Numbered from the stretch's first letter, positions 1 through 8,995 are shown. The stretch is DNA of 64,000 nucleotides from Promethearchaeota archaeon (GCA_019058445.1 JAHPZA010000009.1:320001-384000), one strand, 5' to 3'. Program-made: numbers and translations. The notes: generated from the letters alone by a model not told the origin.

Positions 1-143
1 AGTCTTCGAATTCTCATTCCTACAGTAGGTTGGCTCCTATTAACTTTTTCGGCGATTTGGGTATGTGTTAGATTAGGTTGATCTTGGACTAAAGCAATAA
101 TTTTTTTATCAATTTCATCCATTTTTAATACTTCACTCATCAT
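1..143 (-). CDS. Lrp/AsnC-family transcriptional regulator (N-terminal part; runs off the window edge; not in ORF track)
   Basis: Manual translation from ATG at 143: MMSEVLKMDEIDKKIIALVQDQPNLTHTQIAEKVNRSQPTVGMRIRR..., the typical Lrp/AsnC HTH start (DxIDxxI...IAxxxxxSxxTVxxRI). Confidence 0.85.
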   Translation of the reverse strand, partial: MMSEVLKMDEIDKKIIALVQDQPNLTHTQIAEKVNRSQPTVGMRIRR

Positions 144-180
144 TTTTTATTTTCCCCTTGTTAAATTTTTATTATCGGTC

Positions 181-214
181 TATCGTTTATTGACGGTTAA
201 TCGATATAACGATA
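181..214. promoter_or_regulatory. Inverted repeat TATCGTT-N20-AACGATA in the divergent Lrp/ArsR intergenic region; possible operator
   Basis: Perfect 7-bp inverted arms at 181-187 and 208-214 between two divergent regulator genes. Confidence 0.35.
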
Positions 215-346
215 CCATCATATTTAAATATTACGGTAGGTCCTAGATCTTTATCTTATTGAAATTAATAAATCATTAGTAAAATCTTTAAAAGCTTTCA
301 AATTCATCTTAAATTCAAACATTCAGTCCAAAAATTTTGAAATACC

Positions 347-682
347 ATGAGTGAGTTAACAGAAAAGATTGCAGACTTTCTAAAAATACTTTCAGACCAA
401 ACGCGACTTGAGATCTTGGAACTATTAAGAAATGGTGAAAAAACCTCAAAAGAAATACAAGAGCGATTAGGTAAAAGCCAATCAACAATATCTCAGCATC
501 TGAAAAGATTGAACGATGAGGATCTCATCATCAATGAAGAAAAGGACAATATAAACTACTATCGGATTAAGTATCAATATATTTTTAAAATCCTTAAATT
601 TATCCAATCATTCGTAATAACCCTCCAAAAAGAGAAAATTAGAAAGCTAAGTGAATTAAATATTGAAGATACTCTATCATAA
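347..682 (+). CDS. ArsR/SmtB-family transcriptional regulator
   Basis: LKILSDQTRLEILELL...SQSTISQHLKRL winged-helix signature. Confidence 0.9.
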   Translation: MSELTEKIADFLKILSDQTRLEILELLRNGEKTSKEIQERLGKSQSTISQHLKRLNDEDLIINEEKDNINYYRIKYQYIFKILKFIQSFVITLQKEKIRKLSELNIEDTLS

Positions 683-732
683 GTGTTCCTTTTTAAGAAC
701 CTTAAAAAAACAGTTGAATAAAATCAAAAAAT

Positions 733-1281
733 ATGACAGAATCATCAAAAATTGCCAAGGTTTTATTATTAGCAGGACTCGATAATAGCGGTAAGACTTC
801 GATCGCATACAGTTTAAGAGGAACAAGGAACTTACCAACTTTTTGTAAGACAAAACCGACTGTTAGAAGAAATATAGTATCAATTAAAGCTTATGATTCA
901 GAGTATGTAATCTGGGATCTTGGGGGTCAAGAAGCGTATAGAGACGAATATATAGAAAATTTTGATAATTATTTCAAGGGATTAGACAAACTTATCTACG
1001 TTTTTGATGTCCAAGATTTGAGACGATATGATTCAGCATTAGATTATTTCGAGAAAATCATCAATTTGTTAAAAGAAAGAAATGATGTAAGTGAAATTGA
1101 AGTTTTAATTTTCCTGCATAAATTTGATCCTGATTTAAGCACTATTCGACCAGAAATCACTGACGAGATTATAGATGATTTAAAAGAAAACATTAAAAAA
1201 ATAATAGATAAAACGGATTTCTTTTATCAAATATTTAAAACAAGTATTTATTGTTTATTTGACAAAACTGTTACCGATTAG
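733..1281 (+). CDS. Small Ras-superfamily GTPase (Arf/Rag-like, Asgard type)
   Basis: G1 GLDNSGKT, G2 PT, G3 WDLGGQ, G4 HKFD; 182 aa. Confidence 0.9.
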   Translation: MTESSKIAKVLLLAGLDNSGKTSIAYSLRGTRNLPTFCKTKPTVRRNIVSIKAYDSEYVIWDLGGQEAYRDEYIENFDNYFKGLDKLIYVFDVQDLRRYDSALDYFEKIINLLKERNDVSEIEVLIFLHKFDPDLSTIRPEITDEIIDDLKENIKKIIDKTDFFYQIFKTSIYCLFDKTVTD

Positions 1282-1302
1282 AATAAGACTTATTTTTAAT
1301 TA

Positions 1303-1569
1303 CTAATCAATAGTTATAGCGCCTAATTTGCAGGCAGTAGTACAAATATGGCATTTTACGCAACGATCTTCCCGATCTTCCACAACAACACATTTTGGGG
1401 TAGAATCCTTATTAATGACTTGATAAATCCCCCTAAAACATTCTTCTTCACATGCGAAATTTTCGCATTCTGGGCATTTACTCGTATCAATGTGATGAAA
1501 TTTATAACTTTCAATCGTTTTCTGATCGTTAGCTTCACTCATCCTATTTATGTAAGTTAAAAAATCCAT
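1303..1569 (-). CDS. Small 4Fe-4S dicluster ferredoxin-like protein
   Basis: CPECENFACEEEC and CVKCHICTTAC motifs. Confidence 0.8.
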   Translation of the reverse strand: MDFLTYINRMSEANDQKTIESYKFHHIDTSKCPECENFACEEECFRGIYQVINKDSTPKCVVVEDREDRCVKCHICTTACKLGAITID

Positions 1570-1659
1570 TTATCTCTTCACTTTATAGAATATAAAACAA
1601 TTTTTTATTATCCTTTCACAAAATACTCTAAATAGATAATTTCAATTGAATTTATAATA

Positions 1660-2328
1660 ATGATCCCAATTAAATATCCACTCTTTGAAATACCTAATTT
1701 GAAACAAGGAACTTTTCAGGAAAGACCTAATCGATTCATCGCTGAGATCGAATACAAAGGAAAAATAGAAACTGCACATGTCCATGACCCAGGGAGATTA
1801 AAAGAATTACTTATAAAAGGGGCAAAAATTCTCTTTACTCACTCCAAAGGCAAGTTAAAATATTACATAAAGGCTGTAAAATGCGAGGATGAGTGGGTAC
1901 TAATTGACACTGCTCAACATTCGAAAATTGCTATGAAAGTATTTTCTTATTTGCCAGAATTCACGCATGTTAAAGAATTTAAAAAGGAAGTTAAGCTTGG
2001 AAATAGTAGAATTGACTTTATGCTTGATGGGATTCCTTTAGAAGTTAAGGGAGTTACTCTTGTAAAAGATGGATTAGCATTATTTCCGGATGCTCCAACA
2101 GAGCGAGGTACTAGGCATGTAAATGAGATTATTCAACATCATGGAATTATTTTATTTTTAATATTTCGAAAGGCAGAAAAATTTGCTCCTAATTGGGAGA
2201 CTGATCCAAAATTTTCTGAAAAATTAAGCGAAGCAAGGAATAATGGAATTAAAATATATGTAGTTCAAATTTCTTTTGATGGAAAAATGTTATATTATCA
2301 CGGAAGAATTAAACTAGCAGATTTCTGA
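1660..2328 (+). CDS. sfsA: DNA/RNA nuclease SfsA (sugar fermentation stimulation protein)
   Basis: RPNRF, HVHDPGRLKELL, SRIDF, EVKGVTL, FPDAPTERG.RH motifs. Confidence 0.92.
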   Translation: MIPIKYPLFEIPNLKQGTFQERPNRFIAEIEYKGKIETAHVHDPGRLKELLIKGAKILFTHSKGKLKYYIKAVKCEDEWVLIDTAQHSKIAMKVFSYLPEFTHVKEFKKEVKLGNSRIDFMLDGIPLEVKGVTLVKDGLALFPDAPTERGTRHVNEIIQHHGIILFLIFRKAEKFAPNWETDPKFSEKLSEARNNGIKIYVVQISFDGKMLYYHGRIKLADF

Positions 2329-2462
2329 ATTAAATCTAAAATTATAAGTCATTTAAACATTAAATCAAGCTAATTTAAACGGTAAACATTTAAATTTTAG
2401 AACTCTTACCATATTAATATCATTCAAATGAACAAAATGGTATAAATTAGGCGTCACGAAGT

Positions 2463-3146
2463 TTGAGTTCTATAATTTTAATTGAAGATGAAATAATAGT
2501 CTATGATCTGGTAAAAGAATATTTGCAAAAGAAACCGCTATTTAATCTTGAAGAAATCGTCAGTTTTTTAAATTATAGATTAAAATCAAACATGAATTTT
2601 AATAGAAACAAGATCACATTAGTTATTAAAGCTCTTATAAAGAAGAAATTAATCTTACCTGGAACTAAATTGGCTAGAGATGACATTTTAGAAGTTGCCA
2701 AACGGGTAGAAATATATGATTATATTACTGCAATGCCAGGTGCACATTTATCTGAAATCAAGGAATATCATGAAATAGGGAGCAATCATGTTATATGGCA
2801 TTTAAAATGGTTAGAAAAATTCGAATTTATTAGGTCTGCAAGATTTAAAAATCAAAAGGCGTATTTCAACTCAAAATTTGACAAGAGATATGATGAAATT
2901 TTTTTTTATTTAAGAAATGCTAAAGTAAAAAAAATAATAAAACTGCTACGTAAGGAATCATCATCAATGAACCTTACAAATATATCAGATAACCTAAATA
3001 TCCACTATACCACAGTAAAAAAGTATATGAATATCTTACAGAAGTTTAATTTATTAATGGAGGTTGATGAAGAACACAAACAGGAATATTTGCTAAATCC
3101 TAAAATGTTCGCAATAATACAAAATGTTATTGATAATTTGAAATAG
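2463..3146 (+). CDS. Tandem winged-helix DNA-binding protein
   Basis: IYDYITAMPGAHLSEIK...WHLKWLE and NLTNISDNLNIHYTTVKKY HTH segments; TTG start. Confidence 0.75.
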   Translation: MSSIILIEDEIIVYDLVKEYLQKKPLFNLEEIVSFLNYRLKSNMNFNRNKITLVIKALIKKKLILPGTKLARDDILEVAKRVEIYDYITAMPGAHLSEIKEYHEIGSNHVIWHLKWLEKFEFIRSARFKNQKAYFNSKFDKRYDEIFFYLRNAKVKKIIKLLRKESSSMNLTNISDNLNIHYTTVKKYMNILQKFNLLMEVDEEHKQEYLLNPKMFAIIQNVIDNLK

Positions 3147-3268
3147 TAAGGATTTATTTACCTTTAATTTTTGAAAATGATTAAAACTGAGTTCAATATT
3201 CTTCCAATGGGATTTAAAAAATATAATTTAGTCTATCTAATTGAATTAAAAATCTTTGATAAAATGTC

Positions 3269-6214
3269 ATGAGTTCTCGCAAAAAACTTAAAATTCTGAT
3301 TTTAATGGAATTGTTTATTATATTAGCAATAATTTTTAGTTCAATCAATAATGAGAACTATATAAATGATATTTCTGATCAAAATTCTGAGGATAAGCTA
3401 CAATACGATAATCAATTCACAAAAATTAAGAATCAGGGCTATTGGAATTTGACTGGAAGTCCTATTTTTATTAATGGAAGTGCTACAGGCATGGGTGCTC
3501 AAAATTGGACTTGGGCTGAAAGTCATGACTGGTGCACTAAGATTAATGGAGCATATATTATTGAAAACGTCACTATCGATGGTCGAGATGTGGATGGGCG
3601 TTTAATAGACATCGTTGATTCAAATGATCCCTTTATTATTAGAAATTGCACATTAATTGATTCAGATTATGGAAATTACTTCGCAGCTTTAAGATTACAT
3701 AATACAAATAATAGTTTAATAATTAACAATAATTTTTCAAATTCTAATTACAATGGGATATTACTTGAAAATAGTAAAAATAATACAATATCGAATAATT
3801 TATTAAATGACAACCAGTATGGAATACATTTAGCTGATTATAGCAACAACAATACTATTTACAACAATACAGCAAACGGAAACGGATGGTGTGGAATTCT
3901 ACTAGGTGGAGGATTACAGGGACAATCATTTAATAATATTATTAAAAACAACACTTTTAATTTTAATACAGTTTATGGAATATCTTTGACTAGTGGTTCA
4001 ATAAATAATACTATTTCAAATAATACTGTGAGCTATAACACAGGAAAGGGGATTATGCTAGGTTCCCAGTGTAATAATAATACTATCACAGATAACTACA
4101 TCTGCGAAAATGGAGATAGTAATTATGATTATGGAATTCATTTATATGATACTTGTAATAAGAATAAAATAATCAATAACACTATTGTAAATAATTATGA
4201 TTCGGGAATTTATTTGGAAGATCAATGTAATTATAATATTATTTATGATAATATTATAAGTGATAACGGAATCAATGGAATAGAATTAGACGATCGATGT
4301 AATTACAATAATATAACTGATAATACAATTTCCAATAATAGTCAAAATGGAATTTATCTATATCAAATGTGTGAATACAATGGGATAGAAAATAATACAA
4401 TAAATGATAATAAAAATCACGGAATTTATTTGCATCAATCATGTGGTAATACTGGTTATAATGTGATTTCAAACAATACTATTAATGATAATAGTCAAGA
4501 TGGAATACATTTGCTGAATTTCTGTAATAATAACAATATCACTGGAAATTTAGTAAGGGATAATGGAGAGAATGGAATTTATTTATCTACAATATGTAAT
4601 AACAACAATATAACGGGTAATACGGTAAGTTTTAACAATCAACAGGGCATCTTTATTGATAATTACTGTTATAATAATTATATTACAGGAAACACGGTAA
4701 GTCTTAACAATCAACATGGTATCAATTTAGATAATGGGTGTTATGATAATTATATCACAGGAAATACAGTAGAAAATAATTTGAATGGAATAAATATAGT
4801 TGATTGTGATGATACAAATGTATCGAAAAATATAGTTTATTCTAATAATCAACATGGAATTGCTTTGTCAGGATGTAATAATTGTAACCTTACAGGAAAT
4901 AATGTTTATCAGAACGATGAAGATGGATTTATCTTAGAAAATTCTTATGATCTTTATCTGTATAATAATAGTGTAACTCTCAATCTTGACCATGGGATTT
5001 ATCTAATTAACACGAATAATTCTGATATTGTTGAATGTAAAGCTAATAGCAATTTTAAAGATGGTATTAGATTATTTGGAAGTCATAATATTACGATCAT
5101 TAATAGTTCAGCTAATTCCAATGCGATTTATGGGATTGCATTACTAGAGAGTCATTTTAATAAAATGGAAAATAATACTGAAACAATTAGCTTGAATGGT
5201 GTTAGTGGCATATATTTAGAGGGTAGTCATAATAATACTATTACTAGAAATAATATCAATAATAATCCTATTGGTATCCAATTAGTAAATTCATTTAATA
5301 ACACAATATCTCCTAACACCTTTATTGGTAATGGAATTAACATATTATATGGTGTTATCGTAATAGATGATGGATCATCAAGCGATGGAGGAGGGGGAGA
5401 TGGAAGTGTTAAAGATGAATTTCCAATAATTATCATCATCATTATTGTAATTGGGAGTGTAGGTTCTGTAGCTTCCTTAGCAGTAAGGTCATCTATGAAG
5501 AAAGGTAAAGTAAGTTATTCAGGTAAAAAAGGTCTTTCAAAAGAACAGAAAGCTAAAGCTAAAAAGAAAGGGATGTTAAATTTTGAAAATGAAACAGGCG
5601 AATTAGAAACTATTAAATCAGCTAAAGAAATTCAAAAGAAAACCAAGTCAATTACAGATGAATTTCAGAAGAAAATGGATCAATTAGAACCAAAATCAAA
5701 ATCTCAAGAATTAACTGAGGCAGAAAAAGCTGAACTAGCAAAAACGGAAGCAGAAATGGAAGTTGATAAGCAGAAATTTATATGTGTTGTGCATAGGGGA
5801 CCAATTCATGGTTCAAATATTTATCTTTGTAAGCATTGTGAGACCTTTTATTGTGAAAGATGTGCTAAGGTCCTTAAAATGAAAGGAGAGAAATGCTGGA
5901 ATTGTGAGAATGAAATTGATATTGAAATCACAGAAAGAGATCGTAATACCCTGTTAGAGAAAAAAGCTGTTGATTTAATTGAAGATATAATTAATGAGAA
6001 ACAATTTGTTAGAGATTTTGTTGAATCTAATAAAGATATTGAAGAAATTCCTCAAATAAAAGACTATCTTTTTTCATTAATAACTCTTGAAGAATTAGTT
6101 AAAATTGATTTAATAGAACTATCACCAGAGGATAAAAAGCGCTTTATTAAAGAGTTAATTCTTCTAGATTATAATGAACGAGAAAACTATTTGGATGAAA
6201 TACTTAAGGAGTAA
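3269..6214 (+). CDS. Membrane protein: N-terminal signal/TM, NosD-like parallel beta-helix ectodomain, TM, cytoplasmic RING-like Zn finger and acidic helical tail
   Basis: Many GIxLxxxxxNxIxxN repeats; SSSDGGGGDG linker; hydrophobic PIIIIIIIVIG helix followed by a basic patch; CVVH-x11-CKHC-x4-CERC-x10-CWNC. Confidence 0.85.
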   Translation: MSSRKKLKILILMELFIILAIIFSSINNENYINDISDQNSEDKLQYDNQFTKIKNQGYWNLTGSPIFINGSATGMGAQNWTWAESHDWCTKINGAYIIENVTIDGRDVDGRLIDIVDSNDPFIIRNCTLIDSDYGNYFAALRLHNTNNSLIINNNFSNSNYNGILLENSKNNTISNNLLNDNQYGIHLADYSNNNTIYNNTANGNGWCGILLGGGLQGQSFNNIIKNNTFNFNTVYGISLTSGSINNTISNNTVSYNTGKGIMLGSQCNNNTITDNYICENGDSNYDYGIHLYDTCNKNKIINNTIVNNYDSGIYLEDQCNYNIIYDNIISDNGINGIELDDRCNYNNITDNTISNNSQNGIYLYQMCEYNGIENNTINDNKNHGIYLHQSCGNTGYNVISNNTINDNSQDGIHLLNFCNNNNITGNLVRDNGENGIYLSTICNNNNITGNTVSFNNQQGIFIDNYCYNNYITGNTVSLNNQHGINLDNGCYDNYITGNTVENNLNGINIVDCDDTNVSKNIVYSNNQHGIALSGCNNCNLTGNNVYQNDEDGFILENSYDLYLYNNSVTLNLDHGIYLINTNNSDIVECKANSNFKDGIRLFGSHNITIINSSANSNAIYGIALLESHFNKMENNTETISLNGVSGIYLEGSHNNTITRNNINNNPIGIQLVNSFNNTISPNTFIGNGINILYGVIVIDDGSSSDGGGGDGSVKDEFPIIIIIIIVIGSVGSVASLAVRSSMKKGKVSYSGKKGLSKEQKAKAKKKGMLNFENETGELETIKSAKEIQKKTKSITDEFQKKMDQLEPKSKSQELTEAEKAELAKTEAEMEVDKQKFICVVHRGPIHGSNIYLCKHCETFYCERCAKVLKMKGEKCWNCENEIDIEITERDRNTLLEKKAVDLIEDIINEKQFVRDFVESNKDIEEIPQIKDYLFSLITLEELVKIDLIELSPEDKKRFIKELILLDYNERENYLDEILKE
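3745..5340 (+). repeat. Coding tandem repeats (about 66-75 bp units) of the beta-helix
   Basis: Near-identical ACGGTAAGT(T/C)TTAACAATCAACA at about 4622 and 4694, 72 bp apart; boundaries approximate. Confidence 0.75.
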
Positions 6215-6254
6215 TTCTTTTTTAAGCGCTTAATTTTTATATTTTTATTTGAAA

Positions 6255-7682
6255 TTATTTATCTTCAATATTAATTCCTAAGTTTCTAAGCTTTTCCCTT
6301 ATTTCATCGCTAATATCATAAAGTTTTTTCTCTCTCAATTTGTTCCTGATATCTTTAATAATTTCCAAGAGTGAATTAATGATTTTATCTTTCTCATCAA
6401 CTGTGCCATTAAATTTGTCTTTAAGTTGTTGCTTTAGATTAGGGAATAATCCAAAAATCTCATCTATTGTTTCGATGAAATTAAAGAATTTATCCTTGAA
6501 CGTATTGGTAACCTTGTTATTCTCTTCAAAAACAATACGATTAATCTCTCTAAATAATGTCATAATTTCTGCAATTGCTATAGGAGTGTTAAAGTCATCA
6601 TCCATAGCACTAACGACATTTTGCTCTGTACTGTCTATTTTATTAATTAACTCCGCTATTTTATGAGTTTCATGATCGATGGTTTTTATGTCGTTAATAT
6701 TTCGAATTGTATTTTTCAGTCTCTCATAATTTTTTTTAGCCTGATTCATATTATCTAATGAGTAATTTACCGATTTTCTATAATGGCTGGAAATTAGAAA
6801 TAATCTGATAACCATCGGGTCATATTCTTTGGCCACTTCTGAAACAAGAAAAAAATTCCCAAGGCTTTTAGACATTTTCTCATTATCAACATTTACAAAA
6901 CCGTTATGCATAAAATAGTTCGCAAAGGGCTTGCCGGTGTATGCTTCAGATTGAGAAATTTCATTACGATGATGTGGGAATTTCAAATCCTGCCCGCCTC
7001 CATGAATATCAATTGTTTCACCAAGATAATTAATTGCCATTGCGGTGCATTCAATATGCCATCCTGGCCTCCCTTTTCCCCAAGGGCTTTCCCAAAAAGG
7101 CTCATCTTCCTTTGATTTTTTCCATAGTGCGAAATCTTTTGGATTTTTCTTCTCTTCTATATGATTATAATCGATTTCCTCCTCTTCTTCAGCCTCTAAA
7201 TCCTCCTCTGAAATATTTTGCAAGATTGTCCTATATTTTGAAAATGAGTTTACATCAAAATATACAGAAGCATTACTTTCATAGGCATGTCCTTTTGATA
7301 TTAGTCCCTGCACTATTTCTATCATAAAATCGATAACTTCAGTAGCACGCGGATTTTTATAATCCTTTTGAATATTTAAAATATCCATAATTTCCTCGTA
7401 TTCTTTTATATACTGCTCGCTTAGTGTTTTATAGTCAACGCCGCGCTCATTCGCCCTCTTAATGATTTTATCATCAATATCAGTATAATTTTTCACAAGT
7501 TTTATTTCAAACCCTTTAAATTTAAAATAACGTCTTATCAAATCGAAAGCTACAGCTGACTTCGCATGCCCTAAATGGGGGCTGTCATATACAGTTGGTC
7601 CACACACGTACATTAATACTTCATTTGGATTCAGAGGTTTAAACTCTTCTTTTTTAAATGTTAGACTATTGTAAAGCTTCAT
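6255..7682 (-). CDS. cysS: Cysteine--tRNA ligase (class I)
   Basis: MYVCGPTVY..HLGH (HIGH), GRPGWHIEC, DIHGGGQDL.FPHH, KMSKS. Start moved to ATG 7682 (MKLYNS), which has GGTGAT upstream. Confidence 0.97.
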   Translation of the reverse strand: MKLYNSLTFKKEEFKPLNPNEVLMYVCGPTVYDSPHLGHAKSAVAFDLIRRYFKFKGFEIKLVKNYTDIDDKIIKRANERGVDYKTLSEQYIKEYEEIMDILNIQKDYKNPRATEVIDFMIEIVQGLISKGHAYESNASVYFDVNSFSKYRTILQNISEEDLEAEEEEEIDYNHIEEKKNPKDFALWKKSKEDEPFWESPWGKGRPGWHIECTAMAINYLGETIDIHGGGQDLKFPHHRNEISQSEAYTGKPFANYFMHNGFVNVDNEKMSKSLGNFFLVSEVAKEYDPMVIRLFLISSHYRKSVNYSLDNMNQAKKNYERLKNTIRNINDIKTIDHETHKIAELINKIDSTEQNVVSAMDDDFNTPIAIAEIMTLFREINRIVFEENNKVTNTFKDKFFNFIETIDEIFGLFPNLKQQLKDKFNGTVDEKDKIINSLLEIIKDIRNKLREKKLYDISDEIREKLRNLGINIEDK

Positions 7683-7737
7683 TGATAATATCACCGAGAA
7701 GGTTAGTTAGTAAAAGACATTGAAAATCAATAATTAG

Positions 7738-7874
7738 AGCCAGCGGTGGGATTTGCATCCAAAATGGAAAGCCATTTTAAGTTTTGCACCCACGAATAAC
7801 CGCTCTGCAGGCGGTCTCCTTAACTACTCGGAATTGCGCTATTAGCGTATATGCTATTATATAGATACGCTGGC
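7738..7874 (-). tRNA. tRNA-Cys(GCA) with two non-canonical introns (exons 7874-7866, 7832-7783, 7751-7738)
   Basis: Spliced 73-nt cloverleaf: GCCAGCG TA TCCG AGTAGTTA AGGA G ACCGC CTGCAGA GCGGT TATTC GTGGG TGCAAAT CCCAC CGCTGGC T. It has the U73 discriminator typical of tRNA-Cys, anticodon at 7808-7806, and lies next to cysS. Confidence 0.88.
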
Positions 7875-8062
7875 AAAGACGCTGGCATGTAATACTCTAT
7901 TTAATAATTAATTCCTTATTATGTTATTTTTGTTATATTTATTTAAATATTTAGTTCTAATTGTTTTTTATCTTTTTTCCTTTTAATATATACAAGATTG
8001 AGACTTTGGTTTTATCAAAAGGAGGTTAGTAACTATATTTAAATAAAAATTACGGGAATGAA

Positions 8063-8995
8063 TTATTCTAAATCACTCCATAGAGGAGTACTTAAATATC
8101 TTTCACCCCAATCGCACACAATAAATACTATGTTTTCTCCTTGTTCAAATTCCTTAGAAACTTCATGAATTGCTGCCCAAGCAATTGCCCCAGAACTTAT
8201 TCCAGCAAAGATTCCTTCTAACCTTGCCAATTTTCGGGCAGTAGCAATTGCGTCTTTATATTCAACTTGAATAACCTTATCATAAATTTCAGTATTAAGT
8301 ACATCAGGCACGAACCCTGCACCAATTCCTTGGATTTTATGAGGTCCCGGTTTACCCCCAGATAAGACTGGTGAGTTTTTAGGCTCAACAGCATATACTT
8401 TAAGCCTGGCTCCTACTCTATCTTTGAGAATCTCGCCTACTCCTGTAATAGTACCCCCTGTTCCAACTCCTGCCACAAATGCATCTACTTGCCCAGCTAA
8501 ATCATTGAATATTTCTTTTGCAGTAGTTCTGCGGTGAATATCTGGATTAGCTAAATTCTTGAATTGCTGTGGAATGAATATATTTCCTTCTTCTTTAGCC
8601 AACTCTTCAGCTTTGGCAATAGCTGCTTTCATACCACCTCCTTTTGGAGTCAGAATTACTTTCGCACCAAAAGCCTTTAGAACTTGCCTTCTTTCAATTG
8701 TAACACTTTCGGGCATCGTAAGGACTAAGTTATATCCTTTTGAAGCACACACTAGAGCTAATCCAATTCCGGTGTTTCCTGAAGTCGGTTCAATTATAGT
8801 CGTATCTTTAGATATTATGCCCTCCTCTTCGGCTTTTTCAATCATTGCCATTCCGATTCTGTCTTTAACAGAGCCTCCCGGATTGAAATATTCACATTTA
8901 GCATAAAGATTGGGTTTAATCCCTTCGGTTATTCTATTTAGTTTTACAAGAGGAGTCCTTCCTATTGTTTCGATTATATTATTATATGCTCCCAT
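8063..8995 (-). CDS. cysK: Cysteine synthase A (O-acetylserine sulfhydrylase)
   Basis: NPGGSVKDR (PLP Lys), EPTSGNTG, GVGTGGT, GPHKIQGIGAGF, GERYLST. Confidence 0.96.
   Translation of the reverse strand: MGAYNNIIETIGRTPLVKLNRITEGIKPNLYAKCEYFNPGGSVKDRIGMAMIEKAEEEGIISKDTTIIEPTSGNTGIGLALVCASKGYNLVLTMPESVTIERRQVLKAFGAKVILTPKGGGMKAAIAKAEELAKEEGNIFIPQQFKNLANPDIHRRTTAKEIFNDLAGQVDAFVAGVGTGGTITGVGEILKDRVGARLKVYAVEPKNSPVLSGGKPGPHKIQGIGAGFVPDVLNTEIYDKVIQVEYKDAIATARKLARLEGIFAGISSGAIAWAAIHEVSKEFEQGENIVFIVCDWGERYLSTPLWSDLE

Noticed and set aside
3745-5340. Periodic repeats as a CRISPR array (also considered for 30810-31170)
   Set aside because: The units are degenerate, in-frame and protein-coding, without identical repeats separated by unique spacers, and there are no cas genes.
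7875-7886. The upstream GCCAGCGTCTTT as a third 12-nt intron or as the true tRNA 5' exon
   Set aside because: I could not draw a BHB-like pairing for it, and using it as exon 1 puts a pyrimidine at position 9. The 7874 start gives U8-A9 and a coherent splice motif.
7738-7900. tRNA-Cys as an integration site for a provirus or island
   Set aside because: No integrase nearby, no duplicated tRNA 3' end noticed in the window, and the flanking genes are functionally related cys genes.
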